A stretch of 61,406 bases of DNA, filler included, from Dugesia japonica (lineage: Eukaryota), in NCBI GenBank assembly GCA_001938525.1. It is 6 parts of 6 records of this genome, joined end to end, with 100 filler letters (N's around TTAATTAATTAA, not from the genome) between each part and the next. Parts side by side here need not be neighbours in the genome. Positions count along the whole stretch, not along the records: positions 11,982 to 20,585 come from MQRL01604903.1; positions 20,686 to 30,920 come from MQRL01586555.1; 4 more parts are not named here. The stretch is one strand, 5' to 3'. The notes under the pieces were generated by a model. The model was not told the origin of the DNA, made no database searches, and worked only from the letters and a program-made list of their open reading frames with translations. Below, in pieces: positions 13,440 to 26,928 of the stretch; within the stretch, counting starts at the first letter, position 1; every line of letters starts with the position of its first letter. The translations under genes and the position numbers were made by a program.

Positions 13440-13595
13440 GAATGTAAATATTGTGTTGCATAATTCAAACGAGATACCTAACAATTTGAATGGTGCAAGA
13501 AATCTTAGTTCTATTGATATTGGTAATGCATAATGTCCATCACATTAAGTTTCGTAGTACAAAACAGAGTTTTCCACGAAAAATAAGGACACTTA
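13440..13595 (+). mobile_element. Short Gypsy RT fragment
   Basis: LNGARNLSSIDIGNA ... KTEFSTK, homologous to the RT at 9770-9880. Confidence 0.6.
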
Positions 13596-15779
13596 GTAAA
13601 TTTCTTCTTATTTTAGAATAAGTTCTCTGCGAATATTCCATTAAAAATTACGCTAAGTCAATAAATTTTGATATAACTATTTAAAGTTTTTGAAAAGATT
13701 TGGAAGCATTTAAATTATTTAATATCAAACAATCTGAAGTCTGTTGATTTTGTATTGGAAGCTTTGTATTATATGGCTGAACATATTAAAATATAATTTA
13801 ATTTAGCTAAATTAATAAAAAAGGATATTTCATATTTCAAGGAACTTGCTTTGAATATTTATGCGGATATCATTTTACTTCAGAAAAATCCAAAGAAAGA
13901 TGTTTATCTCCAAACCATAAAAAAGTAAATTTGTTATTTTACAGTAAATAAGAAAGAAAAGTTATATTTTCAATATATACCACATGATACAACAATAGTT
14001 AAAGTCATTTATGATTAATATTGACAGCAGCTTCTCCTGAAGCAATAATTTGGTTAATGGTCCGAGAATACGTGCTGAAGAGAGAAGTAAGTATTTATTC
14101 TTCAATAGACCAAAATGTTGATTTTGCATCCAAGTCATTGCACATAGATGTTTGGCTTCGTTTATTCAAAGAATGAAACAAACCGACAGTTGAGTATTCT
14201 TGTTCCACCTTTGCTACCTTAAAAAGTAATATCTCATAATTTAATAATAAAATAATTTTTTCTACTACGGATAGAGTTGACATTTTAAAATTCTTTCTAA
14301 AATTAAACAAAAATACCTATTTATAACAAAATTTAAATGTCTTGATGAAATTTCATGCATTGATAAAATTAATAAATCCACTTTTTTATGGTTTGGAAGT
14401 AAAACTTGCACCAAAATAATGTGAATCCTTTGACAAATGTCAAACGTTCTTTAAAAAATTAGAATGATTAGTAAAGGATTTACTACATATGCACCTCCTA
14501 CTAATACTGGTATCAAATATTTTAATTGGAAATGGAAATATATGTGCTTAAATTACCAGGTTGTCTCTATTTATCGAATCATAGACGCTTTTCATGAAAC
14601 CTGCTTCAAATACAAATAAAGAATCTTCTCATTAAAACCATTATATGCAGATTATGTGGTGAACACACAGTTTACGATATACCATTTCAAACACGCGTTT
14701 TTAAAACTGAAAATGTTGTAGTCAGTGGAAAACACAAACATTTAAATTCATGACTAATTGGAGTTAAAACATTTTAATGACAGGAATTACTGTTGACGAA
14801 AAACAATGTAAACATATTTCTAATCTTTTAAAAATCATAGAAAATTTAGAAATAATCACTGTATGTAAACACAACTAATTATATAGATTTTTAAATGCTT
14901 CTTTATAATTTCAGTTTAACAGATTTCAGGTTTTAGTATTTTTATTATACTAAAGTATTATTATACTAAGTTATTAATTTTAATGTGTAATCATATATAA
15001 CGTTTTTTTTAATTTACAAATATTATTGGAAATTTTACTCGAGTAAGAAATAAATACACCATTTAATCCCAAAAATAGAAAACATAAGATTAGATTTGGT
15101 TTAGAAGCATCATAAGAATTATGTCTGCAATTAATAACAATTTTTTTTATGAACTTTAAGAGAAAAAATTACTTTCTGTTAATTAACACGTAATTTCAAA
15201 TTTGAATGAANTGTTTTCAGTAGCCTGAAAATGTAATTAGATATTCCAAATTTTGGTGATTTTAAAAAAATAACTTAATTTTTAAATGAAGCTTTCAGTT
15301 AATAATTAGATTACGTTGTTTAATTAATATATCTAGATTTACTTGAGAAATGTATTTGTCTAGTATCCAGTTTACAAATGTAATCAAAACAGTTTACCAA
15401 TAACTAATTAAATAAGAAGAGAATTATTTTATAAATCGAATATTTCCAACTTTACCTTAATGAAAACATATAAATAAATATGTTTTTATCATCATTATCA
15501 TTATAAGCCCATTTGTTTATAACTGCAAAAGTTTGTTCGACCTTCTTTAGATTAACTTGCCGATGTGGTATCACTACTCGGATTGGTATTTCATTTGATC
15601 TAATATTCTCGTCATTCAAAATTTAGAAAATTCTTTTTCCACATTTTCTAAACTTTGAATGTCAATTTGATTCTATTCACTTTAAAATCTTCATGATACA
15701 TATATATATATTATTGGATTGATTACGTAACAGTTTTATTTGGTCAGTATATAAACAATTTCATTCTTAGTTTACCCCA

Positions 15780-15821
15780 GTAACTGATGATGGACACAGA
15801 TTTGTTTGTAACATGTATTAT
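15780..15821 (+). ncRNA. Decayed minimal hammerhead motif (family B)
   Basis: GTAA-CTGATGA-TGGACACAGATTTGTTT-GTA-ACATGT-A-TTAT; GAAA box mutated; ~15712-15821 matches the reverse complement of ~11416-11527. Confidence 0.65.
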
Positions 15822-17166
15822 GAATAATACATATATTTATACTTTGACACAACTGCTGTACACTAAGTTTCGTTTTTGGCATCATTCGGTCATATCTTAC
15901 ACTTTTCTCTGTGCTAAATCCTCTTGGCACCGTTATTAAAATTCAGAATTGTGAACACTCTTGGTATTCTCTTAATTTGGAATAGTATGAGTTCTGCATT
16001 ATACGTTTGGAGCTCTTTAACTTGTTATCTCAGGTCTTCCACTATGTAATTAGTTTTGTTTAGAGTCTCCATGAAAAACTGGTTGCCTATTATTTCATTC
16101 AATCGGTGAATTACCACTTGGATATTTTGATTCTCAACTAAGGTAACGTTTAATTGACAGATTTGAAATAACTGCTTGCTCAGTAAATTTCAGTTCTGCA
16201 TTATGCTTTTACAATGATCTAACCACAGGTTATCCGTGATCACGTGCGGGTTTATCATAGCGTTTATTAATTGTGTATAATTTTGGGTTGGCTCCTTCAA
16301 ATTAGCTTAATCGATTTCGTCCACATTAATTGCTACTCTCGAATTCTTTGCTTCTCATTATGGCTCTATTTCTGCTAAATATTTTACATCAAGAAACATG
16401 CTACAGTAATCCATAACTATTTTTATAAATCAATATGTGAATTTGTATGCTTTACTTTGTTGCCTAATAAAAATTAACATTTTCAGTCTGTTACTAAATT
16501 AGAATTTAATCCTACTATTTTATTTTATGTACATATTTACAATTGTCTGAATAACTACAAAACAGATAATTTCCTCTTTTGGAAATCCTTGATCTCACCA
16601 ATTCTCATAGCGGATGTAAAACTTTTGCATTTAGTTTCACATCTCCTATTTAATTTGCAGTCTCGGATACTGTCTTCGTTTAACTTTGAATATTATTNTT
16701 GTTATGATCGTCACCATTCCATTCTTGGTTAAAGCTTTATCTATCACAACAACTAGCGATGGAATTTTTATGCCCATTTTTTTATTATCAAGCTTCTTTA
16801 CACAACCCTTAATTAAAATTAGTTTCTCCAATACTTAAACCTAACACAATGCATCTCTATGTGATATTTGTACCTGCTTCTAGCAGTTCATCTTTGTGAC
16901 AAACTTTACATAGTAGATTCATTATTCATTCACTTTAATTTTCAATTCGTATTAATATTCACATACATTATACTTATCAATTGATTCTCACTTTAAATCT
17001 GCTTCACCATCATTGCTTTCGTTGGCTATATCTATATATTCACCGCTTCACATTCGTACACTCAATTTTCTTCTTCTTCGATGTACTGCAATCATACAAG
17101 CCCCAAGCTTTATATATAATTCCAATAATAACTGTCGTTTTGGTTTATGTTTCATGTGAAACTTCA

Positions 17167-17698
17167 TAAATTTTTGATCCAGGTGTACATTTATGTTGCG
17201 GAGCCAAAGGTAATTTAACTAACCTATCATTATGTTCAATCGATATTTCAAGATCAATTTCAAGCAGGTATTTAATCTTGTTATTATTATCGACAAACAT
17301 TTATCTAGTATGTTTCTTAAATCTAATATTCTGATAAAAATTCAAAATTGCTGTGTTAAGATCCAATCATATAGGTTACTAATGTAAAGCAGTGATGTAT
17401 TCCCATCTGCTTGGATATTATGCTTGTTCAAAAAACGTATTCCTTCACAAATTACTAACTGAAATAAAAAGTGCATTTCAGCATCTTAGATTAATTCTAT
17501 TGATCTATTTATCGACATGAGAACGCTTAACCAATGCAATCCTGGTGATGAAACAACTCGAAGCGGCTCTTTTTCAAGCTATTCAAGAACTTTTTTACGA
17601 GAGTTTTAAAAGACATCAGCCAACAAGTATATATCTAACTTTATATAGTAAATCATGTATTCTAGCATGTTATTGCTCCTCAATTTTATCCACGCTGA
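17167..17698 (-). pseudogene. Fragment of protein-primed family B DNA polymerase (Polinton/Maverick/adintovirus type)
   Basis: Collinear motifs: NMLEYMIYYIKLDIYLLADVF*NSRK (cf. LGEYxDLYLKTDVLLLADVFENFR), VSSPGLHW (YTAPGLSW), YISNLYDW (DANNLYGW), YLLEIDLEISIEHNDRLVKLPLAP (YILEVDLEYPxELHDxHNDxPLAP); with stops and a frameshift. Confidence 0.8.
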
Positions 17699-18169
17699 CA
17701 AACTTAGAAAACATGGAAAACAGCATAAATGCACTATAAACCAATATAAACCCAGAATGCCATTGTTAGATGAGTTTTGAGTACTCATCGGATCATCAAC
17801 ATCAAAATTCAACGCCATATTTAAATTTATTTCAAATAAAAACTATAAACATAAATTTGATTTTTTCAAGCGAATTTAAAAATTCATATTTAAAAACGGA
17901 AAAAAACTAAATATTTGAATTTTAAAGTTTCATTAATATCCCATTTTAAAATACACTATAAAAAACATATTTCATCTAAAAATTTTAATACATTGAAATT
18001 TTATATTCAATACACATTCTAAGTTTCATATTCTCTAGTTTTACAAAATTAAAATTTAATATTCATTGTATAAATTATTATTCTGATACAAATTTAAATA
18101 TAAATTTGATTTTAATAAATTCCGTTTTACAATACAAAAAACTTTAATTTGTTTTTAAAAACTAACTTA

Positions 18170-20480
18170 TGTCCCCCGTTTTAAGAAATTTTTTGATATT
18201 CTCTACGTTTCTTATCTGTGTCTGCCATTTCGTCTGTCGTACTTTTCCTTTGATCTTATAGGGTCCTTCAAAACGATCTTGGTTTTTTTTTTAACTTTTT
18301 TTTTTGACCTTACCACTAACCTTGAATTGTCTTTTGGTTAATATCTTTTTATCGTTATCTTTTTGCTCTCTTTAAGAATCTGTTTCGTACCATATTTCTC
18401 TGCTCATTTGCTTCCCAAATACGATTTCAGCTGGGCATTTTCCGATGGTTTTCTGTTTTTTCAAAATAAATTCTCGGCAATACATCAGCTCAATCAGAGG
18501 TTTTCTTTTAATTAAGTGTCGCATTTATAATATTTCACATAGTTCTAAACTGTGTATTGATTTGTCTATTTGTGTTATGATGATATGGATTCAAAACCAT
18601 CAGGGTAATTCCATATTCAGCTGCAAAATCTTTCATTTATTTAGACTCAAAGGCTCTTTCACAAATTTCTCTTTGACACCTAAACTTTAATATCCATTTC
18701 TCCAATACTGCTTTTCTTATGACATCTTTATCTTGTTTTGACATTAATATCAAGGTTACATACTTACTTCATCGATCTATTATACCAAGAACATATTTTA
18801 CGACCTCTATTCTGCGGCAGTGGTCCACACATCTTTAAATAACAGTTCAAACATTTTGGCTGGCTGCGTCATTTTTGCTTTTTCCTTAGTTTTTGTTTTT
18901 TAACACTTTAGCTTTCTGGCATGTTATACAGATTTGGATAACCTCTTGTATTTTGATCTAAAAATGTTTCGTGTTATATTTATGTTTCATATACTCTGTT
19001 ACTTTTTCTGCTTTAGCATGACACAACAGCTGGTTTATTATCATTGTTACGCCTTCTACTTTATCATCAGGTATCCATGTTCCTTTATCATTTTCACTAA
19101 AATTGCCTTGTTTTTCTTGAATATCTGTATTTAAAATCCTTGTTGTTAATTTTCCGCTTTTGGGATCTTCATGTAACATTAGACATTGTTCACATGTATC
19201 GCATTTACTTCTTGACAATATATCCGCATTTTTTAAAAGTGATCCTTTTCTATATTCCAGTTTAATATCTAGACTGCTCAAATAATTAATCCAAGTTTGA
19301 AGCGGTGATGTGCTCTGTTTCTTATTATTTACCATAAAAGGGATAATTTTATGGTCTGTTCTAAGGACAAATCTCTTTTTATATATATAATGTTTGAAAT
19401 GAATACAAAAGTAGTACAAAAGTAGTACAAAAGTAGTCATTGCGTGTAACCCATATGCAATTACTTTTCCTTGTCGATTGTTGTCCCTTTAAAATAGTAC
19501 TGCACCAATCGTGCCGTAAATTTCATCCGTGCCTAAAAAACATTCTCTATTTATATCTGAAAAACACAATATTAAAGACATTATTAGTGCTTCTTTCATT
19601 ACATTAAAAAAAATTTCTAATTGGTAAACCCATTCAATTTTTCACACGTATCTTTCCAATTGTCTCTAATGAGCTGTTTTTAGCGCAATGCAATCGTTCC
19701 GCGCTTTTCCCCGAGTCCACTAAATCTTTTCCTTTTCATTACATTTATTCCTGTTCCTGAATCTATCAAACAAACAAGGAAACTCTTCACGCTTGATCAC
19801 CACTAAAATGCTAGGTCTCCTGTGCATTTTATCATATAAAATTTTTACATTTGGTTTCTTTTCAATTGTTCAAATTATTTCTACTTTGTTAACTTCTGCA
19901 TCATTGAAACTTTCTCTTTTTAGGAATCTGTAAACTTTGTCTCCAACTTTGCTTACCTCATTTCATTTTTCGGCCTCCTGAGGATAATCAAACAGCATCT
20001 TGTTTAATGAATGGCTACGACCGAATTCTCTAATGATGTAGTCCTAATTTTTGGGTATTCTTTTCTTGAATCTTCATTTTCTATTATGTACCCAGAAAAT
20101 ATCTCTTCATGGTCATCATTCTCTTCTTGAATGGCATGGATTTGTTTGGTCCGACTCCAATCTTTTGTCCGCTTTTAAAATTGGATCTTCTCTCTTCTAA
20201 TAACATTCTTCTGCTCTGTGATTTGGTCTTTTACGTCTACCGCATACAGTTTCTGTGCACATTCTTTTGATATGACCAATTTTACCACGCAACATTTTGG
20301 TGGTTTCTTGTATGAACAATTTCTACTTAAATGCCCTTTCTTGTGGAAAGTCAAACATTCCACTTGAGAATTTTTTGAACACTCTCTATTTGCATGCCCA
20401 TTACTCTGGCATGTACAACACTGTGGTTCTGTTCTTTTCGTATTTCTCTCGATATTTTTCTCCTCTTTCCAGTATGTTAA
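18170..20480 (-). mobile_element. Degenerate Ty3/Gypsy element (gag CCHC, protease, RNase H, integrase; RT mostly deleted)
   Basis: KKGHLSRNC knuckle; RNase H YFCIHFKHY..FVLRTDHK..LEYRKGS...ADILSR; integrase zinc finger and core. Same family as 52940-54400. Confidence 0.9.
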
Positions 20481-20489
20481 ATTACATCG

Positions 20490-20585
20490 CTAATGAGACT
20501 TTTTATTATAAATTGCAACACTAATGATACTTTTTATTTAAAATTGCAACACTAATGATACTTTTTATTAAAAATTGCAACACTA
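20490..20585. repeat. Tandem repeat, ~30-bp unit
   Basis: CTAATGATACTTTTTATT...AAATTGCAACA x3, running into the spacer. Confidence 0.8.
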
Positions 20586-21935
20586 NNNNNNNNNNNNNNN
20601 NNNNNNNNNNNNNNNNNNNNNNNNNNNNNTTAATTAATTAANNNNNNNNNNNNNNNNNNNNNNNNNNNNNNNNNNNNNNNNNNNNGAAACGATTGAGATT
20701 TTGCCAAATATTTAAAAATGTAATACGTATTGTTGCAGAGTTTAAACTCTATAAATAAAATTTTCTATAATTCTGATTAAAGTTCTATGAGAATAATTAA
20801 CATTCAAGTCTTGACAAAAATTATAAATCGGAATCTGTGTAATTGAGCTACATTTGCCCATGGACATTTTTAAAAATCGCAATTTACATAAATTTCTTTT
20901 TCATGAAATTTNNNNNNNNNNNNNNNNNNNNNNNNNNNNNNNNNNNNNNNNNNNNNNNNNNNNNNNNNNNNNNNNNNNNNTTTTATATATATCGTTATCC
21001 TAATTAATTTTTATTTCACGTCTTTTTCTCTGGATCACTATATTTTGTAAGGAAATATCTAATAATATTAAAGTGTATATCTTATAAGTGAAATAACTTA
21101 AATGCTATAAATATTATTTTTAAAATTTTTTCCATAAAAATATTGGTGTTTTTCGTTATTTTCGGATTACCATACTTTTCCATATTTATTATAATTTTTT
21201 TAAAAAGAATTATGAAATATTAAACAATTTATTAGTAAAATAATTACAAACAAGTGTGCGTTCTCATTGAAAACCATTTATTAAAATAAACTTAACTATT
21301 TAAAAGATTTTCTAAATTGCGATTTCTTTAATTTCATGATTTGAATTTCTTAGTATTATTATAACATAGGCGCTATCAAATTGAAAAAACATTTGAAAAT
21401 CTGAAAGAGTTTCATTCAAACAATTCGATTGAAGTAAATATTGCTGTTATAAATTTATTACAATTTATTCAATATTTATTAGACACCTTTCAGTCTTAGA
21501 CGCAAAAATCTTGCCAAAAACAAATTATGATGCGAATATTATCGATATTCCAATTATTAACAGAGTCATATTTATAAAAATATTACCCATTTTTTTTAAA
21601 ATAAAGTTTTTTTATGTTGCATCTATCAATTTGATGAACAGATTTATTTTTTGATAATGATCTCTAAATATTTTAGATATTTAATTAAAATTATTTGAAT
21701 TGTTGTCAAATAAGTATGTCAGATTATGGGTTTTAATAAAATTGCCAAAGACGTTACTTTTCTTTTCACAAATAAATGATTTTGTTGATGTTAATTTTTA
21801 TTTGATATTTTTGATTATTAATAATTTCCATTGATTCCATTGAAATGAAATCTTTTTTTTGTATGAATCCAATTATAACTTAAGTGTATCTCATAAACTA
21901 AATAGTAATAGTTTTTATAGAATAAGTTAAATACA

Positions 21936-22083
21936 TTTTATAATTACAATTATTGTGAGAATAATTGTTGGACTTAACCATTGATCGCATTTGAGATTTC
22001 ANNNNNNNNNNNNNNNNNNNNNNNNNNNNNNNNNNNNNNNNNNNNNNNNNNNNNNNNNNNNNAGCCTTTTCTTATTTTAATGA
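21936..22083 (-). mobile_element. Short Penelope-like fold-back insertion (family A)
   Basis: 12-bp TSD AAGTTAAATACA (21924-21935 / 22084-22095); shared family tail; inverted arm ending TTTTAATGA after the N gap. Confidence 0.75.
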
Positions 22084-22262
22084 AAGTTAAATACAGTAGA
22101 AAATATTTCCAAAGTCAATTTATATGGGGCTACTCATGTATTACGTGCATACTGAGAGGATAGTTGCATTTAAAAGATTTTGAATACAGAGAGATGGAAG
22201 GGTCTTATCTGAATATGCACGTATGCATAAATTAATATATAACCCAATTAACAATATTATTA

Positions 22263-24120
22263 CAGTAAAGTCTCTGTAAATTTCTGCTCTCTAATCCTAC
22301 GTAAATATTCTATAATTCGCCACTATTTTTAGTAAAAAATTACAAAAATTATGTAATACTAATTTTGTATTTTTTCAAAAATTTATTTTTACTCATTATT
22401 TTTTTAATAATTTTATTTTAGTTTATTAAAATTTTAGAATAATAAACAAAAGAAAACATGTCGAATTAACAAAAAAATAAGAAATTGAAATTTAAAGATA
22501 CTGCAATATTCGTCCAATTTCCGATAACAGAGTTGCCAGTATCTTTTCAAAGAAATTTCATAAAGCCATCTCAAGAAGATCAATTAATGATATAAGAAAG
22601 AAGAAGAACGAATTTTTAGGAAATATGAATTCAGAAATTATTAGTAGATTTAGAACACCAATTTTATAATTAAAATTATTGTGAGAATAATTGTTGAACT
22701 TAACCATTGATCGCATTTGAGATTTCATTAAAATAAGAAAAAGCTTCGATCAAAATAAAATTCATTTGTAAAAAAGTTCAAATTTTCTACTATAGTCTTC
22801 TTCGTAGAACACCAAATTTGAAATTTGAAGAAATTGATACTTTTCTATCAAGTTGGATAGATAATTTAGAGATGGTTGATGCAATTGTAACAGATAATTT
22901 ATTATTTGAAAAGCACTATAGTTTGCTTAAGCAGAAAAGATTGTACATTTTAAAGCATCAAAAGGATGTCTAACTAAATTTAAAGTAAGGCATGAGTTAA
23001 AGCTTTAAATGGAGAAACTTTTCATATAATGTCTAATAATTATTCGGAATTTTTGAGTGAGTTAACAACAAAAATAAACATCTCTGAAGAAACAATATTT
23101 ACAATGCTGATGAAACCGGAATATTTTATAAGTTGATTCCATCTAAAAGTTTCTATAAAACAATACGTACTGACTTTAAAATATTGAAAGCTCGGCTTTC
23201 AGTTTTATTTGGTGTGAATATGACAGGAACAATCAAAAGAAAACCTTTAGTCATTGGAAAATTTCGAAATCCACGATATTTTAAGGGATTCGATCCAAAA
23301 GAACTAGTCAAATACAAATATTCATCTAAAGCTTGGATAACCGCAGAAATATTTAATAACTGGTTGTTAGAAAGAAATCTGGAATTAGAAAAGAAATCCA
23401 AAAAAGTGTTACTAGTGATTGATAATTGACCTGCACACTCAATTGATGTAATTTCGCGAAGCAATGAAGTTTAAATATTTGACACGAAATTCAAGTTCAG
23501 TGATCCAATCTTTGGATCAGGATATTATGAAAACCTTTAAATCACACTTTTTGAGTAAAATATTGCGGGATATTGTTGAACAGATTGATTGTGGTAAAGA
23601 TACATTTATAGCATACAAAAATGTTACAGTCAAAGATGCAATAATTTACACGCATTTTGCATGGGAAGAAGTTAGCAAGGCAACAATTGTAAATTGTTTT
23701 CGTCATGCTGGTTGGAAAAATGCCCAGGATGCATCGTTTGAGTTTGAAAATTATAGTATTGAGNATTTTGAGGAATTTATTTTAAAAGTTAAAATTAATT
23801 ATCCAGTTCTTAAAGATGAATTCTCTTTCTTATGTTATGATGAAAATGATATATTATTAGAACAAGCCGAGGAAAACAAGAATTCTTTGGAAATGGATTT
23901 AAGTTTAAAAACGAAGCAGATTATATTCAAGATAGTATTGTAATGCAATTTATCTCAAAAGAAAATGCTAATAAGGCACTCTAAACTCTTAAATATTATT
24001 TTAATCAGCCTTATAACTTTGACTTGAAAGGTATTTCAGTAATTGATCAAATAATCAAAGCATTAAAGCAAAAGGAAAAGTGCACCAGCTTAGAAATGTG
24101 GGTTTATAAAAAAAAGTTTT
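22263..24120 (+). mobile_element. Tigger/pogo DNA transposon with pseudogenised CENP-B-HTH/DDE transposase
   Basis: TA|CAGTAAAGTCTC left end; HTH region; YNADETG; RKPLVIGKFRNPR; KAWITAEIFNNWL; VLLVIDN; SSVIQSLDQDI; WEEVSKATIVNCFRHAG. Confidence 0.92.
22662..22804 (-). mobile_element. 5'-truncated Penelope-like insertion (family A) inside the Tigger transposase
   Basis: 11-bp TSD TAGAACACCAA (22651-22661 / 22805-22815); shared tail; truncated within a hammerhead motif (22776-22804). Confidence 0.8.
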
Positions 24121-24699
24121 GATTTGTTTTGATANNNNNNNNNNNNNNNNNNNNNNCATATAAAATACACGTATGTATATATAAATGTATGTGGTTAATT
24201 ATGTAATTGGTTTCATGTGTATATAAGACCCTATAGGGTTAACTTGTGTATAAAACCCGATTGATTTATTGTGTATAAGACCAATTTGTTTACTATTAGA
24301 TATTTCTTTGATATATAATTTTATGATGTATTTATATATACTTTGGCGAAATTAATGAAGTTTGTTTAATATTTTAATGAAATTTATTTGTAAATCAATT
24401 GAAATTTATAGGAACTTTGCATATTTTATTGATAAAATGATATGTAAATTGTGTAATATTATATATATTAAGTGTAATAACAGGTATAATAATGCATTGG
24501 ATACGTTTTATGCATAAAGTTTATCGAATCTTTTGCGTTGCACAGTCATATATGTTTAATCTTTTCAATGAATGCATTGGGTTTAATGAATGTAATAATT
24601 TAGTAATTTTCGGATGATTCGATCAATTATTTATTCGGTGGAGGTAACGTTGGTTAATTATTTACGCAGTATGGACAAACGTGATTCACAAGAGTAATT

Positions 24700-26290
24700 T
24701 TTGGATGAATTTGAGTGATAATTTCCTCGGGTTGGTCAACTTAAGTTGAATTTTTTACGGAAATTCATGAAAAAAGTCGAATTTGTTGAAATTTTCAGAT
24801 ATTTTAAATTTTTATGGTAAATTGTGAAATTAGGTCATCTTTGTTTAAATTTTTAGATTTTAAAAATTTTTAAATCAAATTTGAATGGGAATCCGTGAAA
24901 ACATCTGAAATTTCGAAAATATTTGTAAAAATATTTTGTCGAGATTTCTATATTTATCGATGTAGAATTAGATGGAGATTTTTTTGCTTAAAACAAAAAT
25001 TTTTTGAAAAATTATTTCTCATCTTTTTATAAAATAACTATATCTATTAAATAGACAATTTTCTGCTGATTCCCATTATATAAACATAATATCGCCAAAG
25101 TTCATTCAGCATCAAATAAATGGAGTTTTGTTATGAAATATGTCAAATTTTAAAATTTGGTTTTCAATGCTTTATGCGTACGTAACTTGGATACATGTTT
25201 TTCTTACTCAAAATAAAATTCCCTATCAAATAGATACTTTGATCTTCAAATTCGAGTNNNNNNNNNNNNNNNNNNNNNNNNNNNNNNNNNNNNNNNNNNN
25301 NNNNNNNTAAACATAATATCGCCAAAGTTCATTCAGCATCAAATAAATGGAGTTTTGTTATGAAATATGTCAAATTTTAAATTTTGGTTTTCAATGCTTT
25401 ATGCGTACGTAACTTGGATACATGTTTTTCTTACTTAAAATAAAATTCCCTATCAAATAGATACTTTGATCTTCAAATTCGAGTTACTCTTTCCAAAATT
25501 CATAATTTCCTCCCGGACTACCAAAAAGAAGTACAAGTCTTTTTTAAATAACATTTTATCTATAAGGTTTGATGATTTTAAGTTTACATATTTAAAATCA
25601 GTGAAATATTCAATATAGAATAAATACCTCTGATCAATTTTGAGATACTTTTTGAATTTTCAAAAAAAGTTACCAAATTCGAGAAGACAGCTGAATATCT
25701 TCGTTAAGAAGTATTTTTACCCAGACGTTATTTTTACTTTGCATAGTCACTTTTTCCTTCTGAGTAAAATTATAGCAAGTTTGAAACCATTCGAGTTACG
25801 TACGTAAAGAAAATTGAGCACCAAAATTCTAAATTTTTAATTTTTCACCAAAGAGGCCTATTTATTTCATTCCGAATAAACTTTGGCGATTTTAGGTTTA
25901 TATATTTGGAATCTGTAAAGAATTCTTAATCTAATGTATATAGTTATTTCATGTAAAGATGAGAAATAATTTTTTCGAAAAAGTTTTTTTTGTAAAAAAT
26001 AATCTCCATCAAATTCTGTATCGATTGATGTAAAATCTCAACAAAAGATTTTTCAAAAATTTTCGAAATTTCAGAGATTTTCCAGGATTCCCATAAACAT
26101 TTGATTTTAAAAATTTGAAAATTCTGAAAATTTAAACAGAAATGACTTAATTTCATCAATTTACCACAAAAGTTTAAAATAATTTTTAAAAACTTAAAAA
26201 TTTAAATAAACTCGACTTTATCCATGAATTTCCGTAAAAAATCAACTCAAATTGACCAACCCGAGAAAATAATTGACTAAATCTTCCAAA
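24700..26290. mobile_element. Large fold-back (long inverted repeat) element
   Basis: Arms of about 500 bp, e.g. CTCGGGTTGGTCAAC...CGGAAATTCATG (~24727-24770) inverted at ~26222-26265; no coding capacity seen. Confidence 0.75.
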
Positions 26291-26509
26291 AATTAACCAA
26301 CTTAACCATTCCCGAAGAAATAATTGACCAATATTGCCTAAACCGAGTAATAAATTGACCGAATAACCAAAAAATTACCAATCCCAAGGAAACTTTCTAC
26401 CAAATCACCCAAAAAAATTACAAAAACTGGCCAATCCCTTGGAAAAATTTTACCAAAAATTAAACCAATCAAAAAATCGACATCATTCGACCTCACCGAT
26501 TAAATTTCC

Positions 26510-26928
26510 AACTAAATACACATGAAAAATATTGCCGCTTAAAAGGCCTAAAAATTTCTACTACTTAAAGAGCCTATAAAATTTTCCTAACTAAATACAC
26601 AGTAAAAATATTGCCGCTTAAAAAGCATATAACAATTTTCCTAACTAAATACACATGAAAAATAAAAAATACTGGATCTCTTAATCCGATTACGAAAACT
26701 TCTCGACTATGAAATTAATCTTGCACACATAAATTTTCGTCGCCTAAACACACAAAAAAATACTGGATCACTTATGTAATAATCTCGTGACGAAATTAAT
26801 TACATTATGTAGCGCACAAAAATGTGTGCCACCACCTATTTACATTAAAAAAATACTGGATCACTTATGTAATAATCCGATTACGTCAACGGGGGTATGG
26901 TGATCCAGTGTGCCACTATCTATCTACT
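26510..26928. repeat. Subterminal tandem repeats ending in a conserved CACTATCTATCTACT motif
   Basis: ACTAAATACAC...AAAATA x3 and AAAAATACTGGATC x3. Confidence 0.65.

Noticed and set aside
13600-14760. Exon-like plus-strand segments with GTAAGT donors
   Set aside because: In-frame stops and no recognisable family; cannot build a supported gene model.
25080-25484. ~180-bp near-identical direct duplication
   Set aside because: It flanks an N gap; typical unmerged contig overlap.
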